DNA from: Trichosphaerium sp. ATCC 40318
Taxonomy: Eukaryota; Protista; Tubulinea
Reading direction: 5' to 3'
Assembly: GCA_038496445.1 (NCBI GenBank)
Contig: JALMLS010000612.1
Location: 1 to 64,000, forward strand
Length of the DNA stretch: 64,000 bases
Below the pieces are notes generated by a model, which searched no databases, was not told where the DNA came from, and saw only the letters and a program-made list of their open reading frames with translations. A program made the position numbers and the translations under genes. Shown here piece after piece: positions 25,583-39,366 of this stretch; position 1 is the first letter of the stretch, and each line of letters opens with the position of its first letter.

Positions 25583-27499
25583 TTATTCAACTTCTTCTAC
25601 AGTTGGTTGTTTTGGCTGTCCAGCACCGGCATTTGGTTGATTCGGTGCTTGATGAAGCTTTGCCATTACTTTGTTGACCTTCTCTTCGAGTTGAGTACGC
25701 CTTGTGTTGTATGTATCAGCACTTTCGTTTGGATTGTTTTCAGTAAATCGAATTGCATCCAAGACTTCTTCTTCAAGTGTAGATACCTCCTCTGGCGCAA
25801 GTTTCTCCTTTATATTCTTTTCTTCAAGTGTAGAGCGTGCATGGAAAGCGTAATTCTCGAGGTTATTCTTTGCTTCCACACGTTGCAATGCTTTCTCATC
25901 ATCTTCTTTGAATTTCTCAGCTTCGGCAACCATTCTATCAATATCTTCTTTTGTCAGATTACCTGTTTGCGCTTGAATCTCGATACTCTTTGAGTTACCA
26001 TTTGCTTCGTCTTTAGCACTCACTGTGAGAATACCGTTTGAGTCAATGGAATAAGATACTGTTATCTTTGGTACACCACGAGGAGCTGGAGGGATGTTCG
26101 TCAGGTTGAATTGACCAAGTGCTCTGTTGTCCTTTGTGAACCTTCTTTCTCCTTCAAACACTTGAATTGTAACGGCTGGTTGGTTATCGGCAGCTGTAGT
26201 GAAATGTTGTTCTTTGGTTGTTGGTATTTTCGTGTTTCTTGGAATTAGAGTCGTCATGATACCACCTGCGGTCTCCAATCCCATACTCAAAGGAGCGACA
26301 TCGATGAGAACAATGTCGTCCAATATTTTGTCTTTTTTGCCAGCAATGATCGCAGCTTGAACAGCGGCACCATAAGCAACGGCTTCATCTGGATTGATAG
26401 ATTTGTTGAGTTTCTTTCCGTTGAAATAATCAGAGAGCATCTTCTGTATTTTTGGAATACGCGTAGATCCGCCAACCAGAATGATTTCGTGAATACTGTG
26501 TTTGTCCATCTTGGCATCTCTGAGAACTTGTTCAACTGGTTGAAGAGTTTGCTTGAAAAGATCCATGTTGAGCTCCTCAAAACGCGCTCTTGAAAGTTTC
26601 GTAAAAAAGTCTGTGCCTTGATATAGCGCGTCAATTTCGATAGATGCCATTGTAGCATTTGAAAGTGTTCTCTTTGCGCGTTCACATGCTGTACGGAGAC
26701 GTCTTAGTGCACGGTCGTTGTTTGAAATATCGAGGTTGTGTTTGCGTTTGAACTCTTTGATGAAATGATCCACGACTCTGTTGTCAAAATCTTCGCCACC
26801 CAAATGAGTATTGCCAGCTGTGGCGCGTACCTCAGTGACACCTTCATCGAGGGTCAAAAGACTGACATCAAAAGTACCACCACCCAAATCAAAAACTAGA
26901 ACATTTCTCTCGCCTTTGTTTGCTGTGTCGAGTCCATAAGCAAGTGCTGCCGCTGTAGGTTCGTTGATAATTCTTCGGATATTGAGCCCTGCAATGATAC
27001 CAGCGTCTTTTGTAGACTTACGCTGGGCGTCGTTAAAATAGGCAGGGACTGTGACAACGGCATCTGTGACTTTTTGTCCAAGGTAGTTCTCCGCTGTTTG
27101 CTTCATCTTTGAAAGTACCATGGCGCTGATTTCTTCTGGTGTAAAAGTCTTGAGTTGATTTTTGAAAGTGACTTGAACGTGTGGCTTTCCGTCTTTGTTG
27201 ATAACTTTGAAGGCCCAGTGTTTGGCATCGCTCTGAACTGACTGGTCATTGAATTTACGTCCAATCAATCTCTTTGCATCAAAAACAGTGTTGGCTGGAT
27301 TCATTGCTGCTTGGTTCTTTGCCGCTTCACCAATAAGACGTTCTGTATCTCCAAACGAAACATAACTTGGAGTTGTTCTGTTACCGTTGTCATTGGCGAT
27401 GATATCGACTTTACCATTGTTGTAGTGACCGACACAAGAATATGTCGTTCCGAGGTCAATTCCGATGCATGGTCCAGTTATTTTTGTAGATTGAGTCAT
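25583..27499 (-). CDS. HSP70: Cytosolic-type Hsp70, intronless
   Basis: 638-aa ORF with [24 protein letters not shown] and [11 protein letters not shown]; ends PTVEEVE. Confidence 0.98.
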   Translation of the reverse strand: MTQSTKITGPCIGIDLGTTYSCVGHYNNGKVDIIANDNGNRTTPSYVSFGDTERLIGEAAKNQAAMNPANTVFDAKRLIGRKFNDQSVQSDAKHWAFKVINKDGKPHVQVTFKNQLKTFTPEEISAMVLSKMKQTAENYLGQKVTDAVVTVPAYFNDAQRKSTKDAGIIAGLNIRRIINEPTAAALAYGLDTANKGERNVLVFDLGGGTFDVSLLTLDEGVTEVRATAGNTHLGGEDFDNRVVDHFIKEFKRKHNLDISNNDRALRRLRTACERAKRTLSNATMASIEIDALYQGTDFFTKLSRARFEELNMDLFKQTLQPVEQVLRDAKMDKHSIHEIILVGGSTRIPKIQKMLSDYFNGKKLNKSINPDEAVAYGAAVQAAIIAGKKDKILDDIVLIDVAPLSMGLETAGGIMTTLIPRNTKIPTTKEQHFTTAADNQPAVTIQVFEGERRFTKDNRALGQFNLTNIPPAPRGVPKITVSYSIDSNGILTVSAKDEANGNSKSIEIQAQTGNLTKEDIDRMVAEAEKFKEDDEKALQRVEAKNNLENYAFHARSTLEEKNIKEKLAPEEVSTLEEEVLDAIRFTENNPNESADTYNTRRTQLEEKVNKVMAKLHQAPNQPNAGAGQPKQPTVEEVE

Positions 27500-27989
27500 G
27501 TTGATGTTTTGTTGTGTTGTTTGTATTGTTTTTTAAATAATGATGTTCTTTATGAGAAGTGCGAAAATCAACGAGATTTCTGTGGAATTTCCACTAAATC
27601 CCAGCTGAAACTTATCGAATGTTATCTCGACTATTGTTCTAAAATCTATCTCTGTGTGTTCACTGAACTTTTTTTGGGGTACAGTATTCACGTGCCGACG
27701 CGATAGAGACTTGTACCAACAAAAATAACTATTTTTTTGAAACAAAAGTTGATGCTTTTGAAAGCTTGTTTGATTTACCAGTTTGACTTTGTGAACAGTT
27801 TGTAACATCGCCAAAGCCACCTTAGACACGGCAAACAACACCGTGGCAGCAGAACCGAGTTTTAGGACCGCATCAAAATCAGTTAAATTTCTATTTCATC
27901 GATTTTATTGGTTTTCATTGTTTGGTTCAATCCCACAATTCTTTGTTAGAAATACGCCATGTACAAAACTGAAATTATGTTTAAAAGTA

Positions 27990-28245
27990 ATCTCGTTCGA
28001 TTATGGCTCAAGCATATAGCTAGCCAACCCCATTGCGCACCAGTCGAAGATTCACTGGTCGCATGGGTTATCACCCCCCCATTTCTCAAATCACTCCAGC
28101 CGCAGCCATTGCACCAATTAAGCGAGGGGATTATCCGAGCAGCAATGCATATAATTTATTATCATGGCACCGAGTTACTTCTTTTTTTGTATCAACACGC
28201 GATCCTTGTCAAAACGGGCAAGGGGCTGGCTTAAAAACCAGTCAA
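27990..28245 (+). ncRNA. Candidate structured non-coding RNA (unassigned)
   Basis: GC-richer intergenic island with a long hairpin at 28026-28069, a U-rich tract and two 3' hairpins whose G-U pairs work only on the + strand. Confidence 0.3.
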
Positions 28246-28350
28246 ACTGTAAAGAAAAAACTAAAATAGCAACACAACTTTCGGTAGTTTGAGCTTGTGA
28301 ACTTTGCTAACGCAATTTATTTCTATTGTTGAGTTTAAATAAAAACTAGC

Positions 28351-30629
28351 TTACAAGTGGCTGAGGCACTTCATCGTTTGGCTCTGTAGCGTAACTTGTA
28401 TTCTGTACGTGGATACTGTCTGTTTCTGTTGGATTTGCTTCCGAATATCCACGTGGTACAGGCCAGTAACCCCATATCAGTAAGTAAACCTAAGGACGAG
28501 ATAATTAAACACCCACTGAGAAAGTTAACACTTAAAAAAAAAGGTCTCGTACGTATACGTTGTACATAGTTGTGTAGAAGATAGTCCCAATTGCTTTTAA
28601 TTTAGGTTAAGTAAAAATACAAAACGTTTCTTAAAAATCATTGTTATAAGGATACTGTCCCTTCCAAATGGACCGACTGTTCCTCTAAATATACCAACAA
28701 CAATGCTTAACAGGCATATTCCTGTTGGTACAGCAAAAAACATGAATCTAAAGCAGTAAGTAATGACATAGTGTGCTGTAACTAGTAAACTAATTACCTT
28801 GATGATAAGTATCTGCTCTCTAAAACCTTAGGTACAGTAACTACGATCAAAATGGATAACGCAAACATATAAACTACAACGAGAGACATTAGTATAATAC
28901 AAAGGGGAAACTCGATATTTTGGTTCAACTTGACGAGAAAAACGAACGTACAAATATACAAGACAGCCACAATGTAATACATTATCTAAAAAATCCAGTA
29001 AATAAACTGCTAAGTGTACTGATAAACCGTACTTGTATACCCGTTATATGATCTGCAATAGCAAAGATAGGAATTAATCGATCGTGGATGCTAAAAACGT
29101 AAGGGATTTGATCAACAGAAACACTGTAAACTCTTGTACCTGCTCCAACAGTACCTTGATAAACAATCAACAAATATTTAAATAAACTACTTTGACGCAC
29201 AAAATTAGCGCTGCAAGCGCATACAAAAACACAAAGATAACTTTAGGAACGTGAATCCATTTGAATGAAACCGTTTTTTCTTCCTAACAAGTTGATTTAG
29301 AAAATATCTCATTGTGTAGTTTGTACCAAACGTATCTTGTCAGCCATGAATAACCAAAATAAAAACAGTGTGCAAGTAAAAATCAGATCAAGTAGGGATC
29401 CAATAAATACCATTATCCAGCTACCTAAACAGTGTGGTGAGATCAATAATACTTCTTTAGAACGTACGTGCTAGAAACTCAAATCCAAACAGAGGATCTT
29501 TGTAAAGTTAAAAAGCAAATTACCACCTTTGGATTAATGCGGGCGTACTGTTGTAGCATATGAGCGCTGATACTAACACTAGTGTCATACGTTGCTCCCA
29601 TTGCTTTTGGTTATGTTCTATTGTTCTCAATCTGATATAATAAACAATTGCTGCTGCAACACCTAAAACACTGCGTAAGACAATGCTGTTGATTAAGATA
29701 CTCTCGTTAGCTAACTTACTGGCAATGAGAAACAGCGTCTTAAAAGCGATCCACATTGAAAAGAATTTTGGGTTACCCCTAAGGAACTACAGAGCATGTG
29801 AGGCCAGTAGTTGAAGTAAATATTACCTCAAATTTGAAATCACCAAGCGATGTGTTCCTTGCGTTATCTAAGCGTATACGAACTTGATACGAGTCGTATT
29901 GTGGCGCTTCTTCTGAAATTAGAGTAAATCCAATACATTCTTGCGTCTAAAAGCACAGTGTTAGCGAAACAACATTAACAAAAAAACAGTTTCGGTGTCA
30001 CGTGTTGTTCCAAAAAATTAAACCGTCAAAAAAGCTGTACCTTGAAACGGCACGATAACTCTACATTTTCGGTGTAGTCTTCTACTATAGATGTCCAAGC
30101 GGTATCACCATCATCTTTACCTGCCATAGACACTGCCAAACTTACCTTGACGTCAAATACTAGCATTTGGTATTAGCTAAAAAATAATTTTAATTACAAC
30201 TGTACCCAACGCTGGTGTATTGGTGTCTTTGTATGGGAATAGGTTTAAAAACCAGTGTTGGTTTAGATTATGGATATCAAAAGTGTAATTTTTGGACCAT
30301 GCCCCTGTAGTGAGCTGTACACCGTTACACTCATCTGTCCAACTTTTTTTTGGTTAGTACATAATCATTTACGACCAGGTTCGCTCAAAACGACTAAACG
30401 TACAAGTGACTAGAATCAGGGCATTCATAGGCGAAGTGGCTTTGAGATTCCAATAGATTTGGACCTGTGACATGTTAGTTAACCGTTTAATCTTGCGATA
30501 TTGGAAGTGTACTAGTAGCGTACCTGCGGCACCAATGATAATTGCTATTAAAAGCACTGCAGCGCAAACTGCGCCAGCAATAATGAAATGGTACAATGGA
30601 GATACATCTACGCGCAACGTGTACTTCAT
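28351..30629 (-). CDS. TMEM181 / Wntless-like multi-pass membrane protein
   Basis: WEQRMTLVLVSALICYN, LFLFWLF and YNVYVYLLIWGYWP resemble TMEM181 motifs (EQKW..LL.YNDP, LLFWL, N.Y.Y.L...Y.P). Confidence 0.75.
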
Positions 30630-30727
30630 CGCGAGCGTTTAACCTTTAGGGCTGTCGCAATAAACGCTTAACTGCTTCAATTCTCTGAATTGATTTTCAT
30701 AAGATCTGGTTGTATTGAGCTACGCAA

Positions 30728-32486
30728 ATGACTGACGACATAAAAGTTGGAGTAGTATGCACTACAAAGGGAGCATCAATAACAATGCCGTATTGGATCG
30801 CATATCACTTGTCTATTGGGTTTTCAAAGGTAAATTAGTCATTATGACGCGTATACGCACTTCTTAATGCCGTTTAAAACTGAAACGCATCAATTTCGCT
30901 CTAAATCCAATATTGCGCGTTCATTAACACTGCTGAAGGTTTATTTGTTCTTTGACGACACCAAAGATCCTGGTAGGCAGCAAACACAACAATTGGTACT
31001 AACTCGGGTCGTATAGCACGTCAACTTGTAGAAAGCTGTCATTTTCCACCAGAGAAGGTACGTGACAAATGACAAGCGCTTATTTAAAGCTACAATTTCA
31101 ACACGTGCAGTATATCTAACCTACGGTCCTCAGCTCGCCATCTTCATAGATAGACAACAGCAACAGAGAGAACTTCCAGGCTATAAACGTCTTGAAAAGT
31201 TCCTCTCAGATGAGGTGCAGGCGCGTCAACAGCTTAATGCAGAAGATGGTAAGCACAGTTGCATGTAATTGCGCTAACAAAGTCATGGTCATGTTAACTT
31301 CCTTTAGCAATGTGCATGGCTATTAAGGATGGCTTGGATTGGATGCTACATGTAGACTCAGATGAGCTTTTCTACACCACAACAAGTGAGCTTAAAGCAT
31401 CTTCCACGTTATCTAAACATTTGCTGTTAAAAGGTGTTCAACAAGTTTTTTTGCGTCTCAATAAAAAGAATGTGGGTGCAATGACTTTCTGCAACTACGA
31501 GGGCGTACCAGCTGAAACAGATGTAGAAAATTTTTTCACGCACGTGATCTGAATCTATGGAAGAACAAGTCAACAGCCACTTATTTTCACTTAGATCTGT
31601 GACTTTGTTCCGAAAACACTTCGCACATCTCAAGCCTGGGCCTGAGACTCAAAATTGCATAAAGTTCTGGAATGATAGAACTAATAGAGGTCAATACTTA
31701 ATATCCTATGATGTTGGTAAATCAGCTGCGCGCACAGTACCAGTACGCACCTTCACTCCAATTAATCTTTAGAGTACTTCTAACTTTTTAATAGGGTACA
31801 ACGCCTGCTGGGGTACATCATTGGAAACTACCTGAGGACACCAACCTCAAGACATGTTCGGTACGACCGACGCACATAAAACTGATTCGCTAAAATCACT
31901 GCAAGGCAATCATGGATGCACGTAACTTTACCACAGAGAAGGCTCTTCCTTGCGAAGATGCTGTAATTCTACGTATGCACAACCGTTTCTTCCGTTTAAC
32001 GTGTTACGCGTTCAAGTCACTAACTGTTATGTAGATTATGTAGTTTGTGGTTTTACTTGGTGGAAACTAAAGTACGGTATCTTGGACGTATTTCCAAACC
32101 ACTGGTTTGGTGGTAAACTTAAAATAACGGCGTGCTTCCATTTGGACTCACGTGATATTTATTTAAAGCGTGATGTACCAGCAATGAGGAAATTTTATAA
32201 ACAACATATCGTACTTGATGATAAACAAGAAATACAGAAACAGATTGATCTTGGGATGTGTATAGATGTCTCACAAGTAAAGAATATTTTAGGCAAATGC
32301 AATATTGATATTGGCGATGCCACAGTAGCGAGCTGCGTACCTGTAATAAATCAGAGTAACGCTGTGGTTGATGCAAAAGAACAAGATGGTCCAGAATCGA
32401 CAGTGAATACACTGACACTTGCACGCCAAGCCCAGATTTCTTCTGTGCTCTCTCTGGTTGCAAACCATATGTCTAATACTAAATAA
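30728..32486 (+). CDS. GT-A fold glycosyltransferase (GT2/GT92-like)
   Basis: WIAYHLSIGFSKVYLFFDD, LDWMLHVDSDEL (DxD), GKSAAR, GVHHW. Confidence 0.82.
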
Positions 32487-32867
32487 ACACCAGGAAAAGA
32501 ATAACAAAAGCCAAAATTGTTTGCTGTTTAGGTTTAGATGGAGGGAAAACCTAGCCAGAGTTTAGTCCATCGTCTAAGCAGTTAGTGATTGGTAAGAACG
32601 TGAGACGGTGTTTGGCCTAAATTTGGTACAGCAAATTCCACGCAAGGCCTAGAACCCAAAGTCTATAAGAAATGAGCTGGGGAGTGAAGCGGCGGTGGAG
32701 GGTGTTGCTGACATGTTTATTGACTAGTTTTACAGGTCACAGAGAAGTTGCACGATAAAGAGTGCAATTGGAAAGTGAATGGTCAAACTACCTCCCTTTT
32801 CACGGTTGCAAAAATGAAACGCGCCGAAATTTATCAATATTGTCAGAACTGTTTTGACTTATTTCAG

Positions 32868-33532
32868 TACTCCCTACTGAGATTATTTTGCATATATTTG
32901 CGTCAAACACCCTAGGTTTTTCGTTTGCAATAGTTTCAAAGCTCTCAAAGCTCTTTAGACAAATACTAAACAAAAATGGTTCCTACTGGCACCAAATGTA
33001 CCTTAATACTCCAAAGAAGGAGAGCCACACATGGGACTTTGTTCAGCAAGGGTTCTTTGGTTGTGATGAAGACAAACTTAAAGTTACACCCACAGGAAAA
33101 TATTCATTGAGCTCAGATGAAGACAGTGTATCAGCAGAGGAACTTCCTTCATTTGTTGGTGAAAAGCTAGCATCATATTGGAGAGACCGTTGTAGAGTTC
33201 TTTTAATTGGTGCTGCATGGGAGAAGTTATTCACTGGATTACATGAGTCTTTTGAATGTAGTCCATTTGAACCGTTTTTATTACAATTGCAAGAAGATGA
33301 TGTCATTGAAGATGCTCTGATAGCATTTTTCAAAAAAATGGAAGTTGAAGATATTGATACTGAAACTGACAATACTACAGTAGATATGTTAATAACAGAG
33401 GAGTTGGATGGATATTCCGGAGAGAAGGAAGCGGATACCAAACTTGTTGAAGGGGTAAAGAATATTTGTGATTCTCAAAAATGGGGATTGACAAACTATG
33501 GTTGTTATCCAATCCTTCATCTGGAAGCCTAA
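32868..33532 (+). CDS. F-box-like protein (5' exon not resolved)
   Basis: LPTEIILHIF...VSKLSKLFRQIL...YW follows an acceptor; acidic C-terminal domain. Confidence 0.6.
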
Positions 33533-33825
33533 TAACAACAAACATGTGAAATACAGAGAGTGTTTTCATTGAATAGCGCATCGGGTATTCATCGGACAAA
33601 CTTTAAGCATCACGTGACACACTTGTTAGTATTCAATGAATCAAATCCTCGAGACTTCTCGTCTAACATATCGTTACACGTACTAAACTAACTCAATAAA
33701 TGGCTTGCGTTTGTTTGTTTTCAAATCCACTTGTGTAGTGAAGGAAAAAAAATAGTCTCGTGTAAATTTCAATATTGCGTTTAAGCGCAGCGAAAATATC
33801 TCAAAGTAATTGATTCACTCACACA

Positions 33826-35223
33826 ATGCCTCAACTGCGTGATAAAAAACGTCTCGGTTTTTACATTGTAGTAGGCACCTGCGCAATCGTTATGCTTTTG
33901 GAGTTTTATGCCGAGATTAAGCTGTCAAGCCTTTATAAAACTTCACAGCCTCAAAAACATCAGAACGATATCCTCATAGGCGTGATCACGTGCTCAGCGT
34001 TATTTAATTCGCGATACCACATTATAAACCAGACTTGGTTAAAACGATGGCCACGTACAAATATACTATTTGTAAGGTACGTAGTACTCATTTTTGACAA
34101 GCTACGCTGTGCCCGAGAATCCATAACGCCATGTTTTTCATAATTAGATTACAACAGATCCTATATCCCGGCAAGTCGGTTTTAGATAAATAAGGCTTTT
34201 GGGGAGCCGTATAAAGGATCAATCTTTTTAATTCAGATATTTGTGTCGCTTTTTTTTTTTTGACGTTGGGATAGTGACAAAAATAAAACAAGTGGTGTAG
34301 TAGCAGATCCAACTATTCCATTGTCGATAGCATCCATAGATAATGGTACACAGGTTTGGTGCGCCAATATTTTTGTGAAGACTACGAACCCACTGAAGTA
34401 TTTATTTTCTCTTTAGCTCCCACAGAAGAGGAGGAGTATCGTGTAAACTCATTTTCCTTGTGGAACAATTTCTTGAAACTGATTTGTACGTGAGCACCAA
34501 CAATTTGTTGTTTTAACAACCTTCAATAAAACAGTAAGTGGCTTGTACGGCTTGTGGATGATGTGTGGATACACCCAAGAAATATAAAAACGTACTTAAA
34601 TGAAAAGGATCCTACCCAACACTGGTGGATAGGTACGTGCAAAATATATCTAAGACCACCTTCTTGGCTGCCAGTAAGTATTATGTAAGGTCAGAGACTA
34701 TTCTTCGATGAGATAGCGACATATTGGCACGCAGAAGAGCAAAGGGGGAAGAAGCCAGTCTCACCATTCCTTGGTGGAGGTTCAGGTGTACTATTTTTAG
34801 TATCACATTCTAAGCACCTACTAAAACAACAATACTAGGATGGATTATGAGCCGAAAGACAGCTCAATTACTTTACGATTTTCGGCATATTTTTTGGCAG
34901 CATAACTATATGGTCCTAGCGGATGATTTAGCTTTCGGTACCAGATCTTGTCTTTATTTTTTCGGTTTGTTTGACTTCTTGCAGGCTCCTTTATGAATAC
35001 TATGGTTGATAGTAGGAAACACCCATACACTAATGTTGGTGATATTGATTCACCTTTCATGGCTATGAACAATTTAGACACAGACCTTACACTTTGGCAT
35101 AACTTGACTTATTTTTGCAAGTACAAACAACAAGCAATGATGTATCACCTAAATTCTGACATGAAAAAAATGTTTAAGTTTGAAGAAGCGATAGAAAATG
35201 CTGAACTGCGTTGTGTAAAATAA
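33826..35223 (+). CDS. Fringe-like GT31 glycosyltransferase (type II membrane)
   Basis: N-terminal TM; ILIGVIT..INQTW, WLVRLVDDVW, WWIG, FLGGGSGWIMSR, DDL. Confidence 0.85.
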
Positions 35224-35443
35224 GATATATATTGTTTGTTTAACTTTATGGTATTTCCTTCACAAGATCTGAGAACCCTGGTTTACTTCTTATTTTTTTC
35301 TCTTTGCCTTCTTGCTTGCCTCATAGTATTTTGTAAAATTACATAATTTGGCCATAAAATAGATTTGGAGACTGAAAAAAAAGATTGGTAATTGAAAGGT
35401 TTGTTTTTTCAAGCATGAACATAGTTTGAAGTTGTTTTAGTTT

Positions 35444-37895
35444 TTATTCGACTTGTATGGCTCGTATTGTACAATAACGAGGAGACATTATATTCGCATC
35501 TAAATCATCACCAGTTTGATTACTATTCAATAGAGGCACTAAATCTATAGCTCGAGGTTGTCCGGAGCTGATATTTTCCACTAAATCTTTAATATCTCCT
35601 CGCCACCAGTACGGAACCTGAACAACATCTATACCGTACTGCTTACATATAGATAACTTTTCTATATCTCTTGCTTCAAATATAGTTGTAGGCAATGTGT
35701 TGGAGGTGACCTCATGGTAATGGTGCTCACCTTAGCACAACGTTAGAACCGAGGTTGAAAATAAACCAAAAGCACCTTGATATTCAAAGGCAATATTGTG
35801 CTCAGGTAAAAACACGTCTACTGTTATTTCTTGACCTGTGGATGGATGCCCACAAATAGAATGTTCCTCTAAGATTTGCGCCTGAGGTAGCCACGCTCGG
35901 ATCATTCCAACCAAAAATCTGTACACAAATGAGATTTGAAAACGAGTAATGTGGATACCTTTGGCTTGATTTTTTTGAGCGCAGATTGAAGTGAGATGAC
36001 TGCCACTTGTATTTTGGGTACATCATCTGTAATGCTTTTGGCATACGACTATACATTGATGTACCGCCATAAGATTGCATTTGGTCCTGTGAGACTCGAT
36101 ACCTACAAACAACAATTAGCAAAGTAATGCCTTATTTACCTTTTGACGCTTTTGTACCACTGACTTGGAGCAGATATTTGAAGCTTATCGCTAACCCTGT
36201 TCAAAAAACTCATTTGATTCCTCTTTTTTAGCCAATATCCATACGGGATATTATTACTAAATGACAACCTTTAATTACGTCAGAAGATTATTATAGACAT
36301 AACAGAAAAGTTTTCAATTGTTACTAACCCTGTCCAATCGTATTGTGGGAACACTGACTTGAGTGCCTTTGCTAGGTCATTACTGTACCTATTATTTTGT
36401 CAAATAAAAAATACATAGAGTAGCTAGAAACGACATACCTTGTCAATAGTGAAGCGCCGCCCTTAGAAATGACATCTTTTACTAAAACATTCCGAAAATC
36501 GGTCACTGTTTTTATTGCTAGTCTTTCAGCGATATCATGAAACCTCATAAGTTGATTGTATTTGCTCAACCAATATCCATCAGGAACAGACCTACAATAG
36601 ATTATTACATTCAAAAAACAGGTGATTTTCATTTAAAAAAAATCTTACATTCTTGGCCATTCTCTATCAGGATATAACGCCTTGAGTGCCAGACGAACTG
36701 AATTTTTGTACATTCTGTAAAATTAGTTAAAAGGACATTTCTATATGTAGTGGACTTTCGTGTAAATTAAGTAACCATTCATTTGAAAAACAGAAAAAAA
36801 GGAGAATTCTCTTGGCTATCTCATTTGACAATTTGTGAAAATAATCGTGCCTATCAACAAAATTCCTTACACCCATCTGAGGGTTTAATGTACATATAGA
36901 AACACCGTGCCAATCGTCCAGTGTCTTAAAACCTTTGACTTTCGCAATAGCATTCATTTTTCCTCTTTGGTTATCTTCAGACCGCCAAAACTTGTAAGGT
37001 TTGTACCTACAATAAAATTACAAACAATCACGTGATATATTGTGTATCTAGAAAAAAAAATAGAAAAAATTGAGATGCGTACTTGAAAGACCACGTGTCA
37101 AAATCATAACGTGGATACATTGAAGTAACAGACTTGAACACAGACTTTGTGTACCTAAAATAATGTAAGTGAAAAAAAAACAATCTACAAAAATAGATTT
37201 GCTTACTTTCTCATTTTGTTGCCACCAAAACGAATAAAATACGATCTTTTGACATTATACCAGTCATCCATAGTCTTGTAACCCAGTGCTTGACCAATTT
37301 TTTCAAACGTACGTTTGTCTTCACTTAATACAAGAGTTAATAAAAAGAATACTATGTATGCACGTGCACTGCCGCTTTGGTCTTTGAAGTACTAGTGGCA
37401 TTGTGCACTTTGCCCTTATCTCTGAAAGTAGCTGAGTAACAGAATCTACAACGTGAAACAGTATTACCTATTGCTAGTGTACGCTCTCTTGCGTTCTGCG
37501 CGTTCTCTAGCGCTATGGAGCTGTTTTAGCTTAACGAACTTGTTCGCATTAAACTGATAGTCGGGATATGCATGATTTAGCGCTTTTCTTAGCGAACTAC
37601 CGAATTCCCTGTTAAAAAGGCTAAATAATTTCGAACTAGTACAAAACTGTTTCTATAGCTCATACTTTACCACAAATGAAGCTCCTGCATCAATTGCGCG
37701 CTCAGCAGATACTAAATACCAATCGTGGCGCACTTTTACATCTAAACGCTCGCCAACTTCGTTAAACCGCTCGCGTTGATTTTTCCTACTCTTCCAATAC
37801 CCTCTACAAGCTGTTTACTTGATTTTATCTTCAACCACCGCTACGTGCCTTGGTTTACGCAGTAACTTTGTCTTACAAGCCAAACACACATTCAT
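35444..37895 (-). CDS. Trp-rich repeat protein (5 repeats) with C-terminal PD-(D/E)XK-like nuclease domain, copy B
   Basis: GYWKSRKNQRERFNEVGERLDV...HDWYLV and related repeats; C-terminus TVDVFLPEHNIAFEYQGEHHY...RDIEK..C...GI...VPYWW. The start is inferred. Confidence 0.85.
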
Positions 37896-38152
37896 ACAAC
37901 GACCATTTTGGTTTTTAGTTTGCAGTTTAGTCAACAACCCAAAACTTTCCTTTTTTTTTATTATTCAGGTTCAGACACGGGATGCTGTACGCGCTCGTTG
38001 TTGGTTCTGTTCCACTGTTTTCCGTCAGAGAAAAAAATACGTAGTAGTCTAACTTTGGTTGTGATTCATTGGTTTTTAGTGTTGGTGGTTAATAGACAAT
38101 GCGACAGGCTTTTGGACAGAGGCAGATCTTTTTTATTTTCGTTTTAGTTTCA

Positions 38153-38697
38153 CTAACGCGTCAAAAACTGCAGTGTCATTTTCTTGTCTCTGTGACGCTT
38201 GCGTACACCGTTTCGAGCCCTCAGATTTGAACAGATATTTCCATTAAGAAAGGGCACATAACGCTCTATTTTAGATGATAGAACCATAGATTTCGTTGTC
38301 ATTGATGTGTCGTAGTGAAGTATTAGAGGATCGCTCCCTGATATATCACTCAAGCTTGCTATGAATTGTTTGAAATCATTCAAGCTTTCATTAAACGCCG
38401 AACCACGTGTTCGTTTTGCTAATAGAATAGTAAGCATCCATAAACAGAACGAAATGAAAAAAAAAAAATTGTGTTACCACACAACGCGTACCTTTGCTTC
38501 TCTTGCTGCCTATCTGCCAAAATGTAAAGATTGGTGTATCGCTAATGAGATACTTGGGCCGTAGTCTGGCCTATAAATCGTAGAGTTAGAGTTTTACCGG
38601 CCAGTGAGCAGTCTCATTGAGAGTTTGATTGTTTTCGTACTTGTTTGTCCAATTTGAAGTGTAATAGATACTTGTAGAGCTCTGGTTCACCGGACAT
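38153..38697 (-). CDS. Small hypothetical protein (3 exons)
   Basis: MSGEPELYKYLLHF.. splices in frame to the 38153..38437 ORF; no family recognised. Confidence 0.45.
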
Positions 38698-39366
38698 TTT
38701 TTAGTAGTCTTTGCCTGTTGCTTTGGTTGTCTGAAAATAAAAAAAAAAATCAAATAAAACTGCACAAAATAGCCAATACAAATGTGAGCAAGGTTGCTTA
38801 TCACTTGCCAGTAAATGTTACTGCAAACAATACAAAAAAGATAAACTGCACTAGGATTCTATCAAAAACAAAACAATCAAGGCACATTTAATTGTGAGGG
38901 TAAGCTAGCGCTGCGTAATATTTGTTCGTAAAAATAAAAAAGCAAAATTGAAAGTACTAAACATGTGTCAATGACAGTGAAAAACACGTGTCACAACCTT
39001 AGCCTTGCAAAAAAAGTCGAAAAAAAAATGAAAAAAAAAAAAGACAAAGTTTTTTGAGTTTTCTTGTGCAGTTTTCTTTATTTGCCCGGTGGATAATCTC
39101 TTGTGGAGAGCTATGCAAGGCTCTTACAATGCAATTGCGTGACTGTGCATTTTCACATACAAACCATTCTATTCGGTAGTGTTTAAACTTAACAACTATA
39201 TTGGAATGGCGTGCAGTTCTTGTTGATGTCGACATACAATAGAAAACAGTGTTCAATAAAAGTATGTCGCTCATACAAGAAGTCATGTTCGAAAAATAAA
39301 AAAAAGTTTTCAGCGGAGATAGAAAAAATAACGCACATGTCAATTGTCACATTTAATTGATGATAT

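Noticed and set aside
27540-27660. Heat-shock elements upstream of Hsp70
   Set aside because: Only imperfect nGAAn/nTTCn arrays are present, too weak to call.
28095-28165. U1 snRNA or SRP RNA call (ATTGCAC, ATAATTT, gagcag)
   Set aside because: There is no ACTTACCT 5' end and no complete SRP helix 8, so it is kept only as an unassigned candidate.
28160-28180. ggcaccgagt resembling the Cas9 tracrRNA 3' hairpin
   Set aside because: A 10-nt chance match with no other scaffold, array or cas gene.
19665-37895. Repeat-nuclease genes as transposons or homing elements
   Set aside because: They are intron-rich with no terminal repeats, target-site duplications, RT or transposase seen, and behave as resident host genes.
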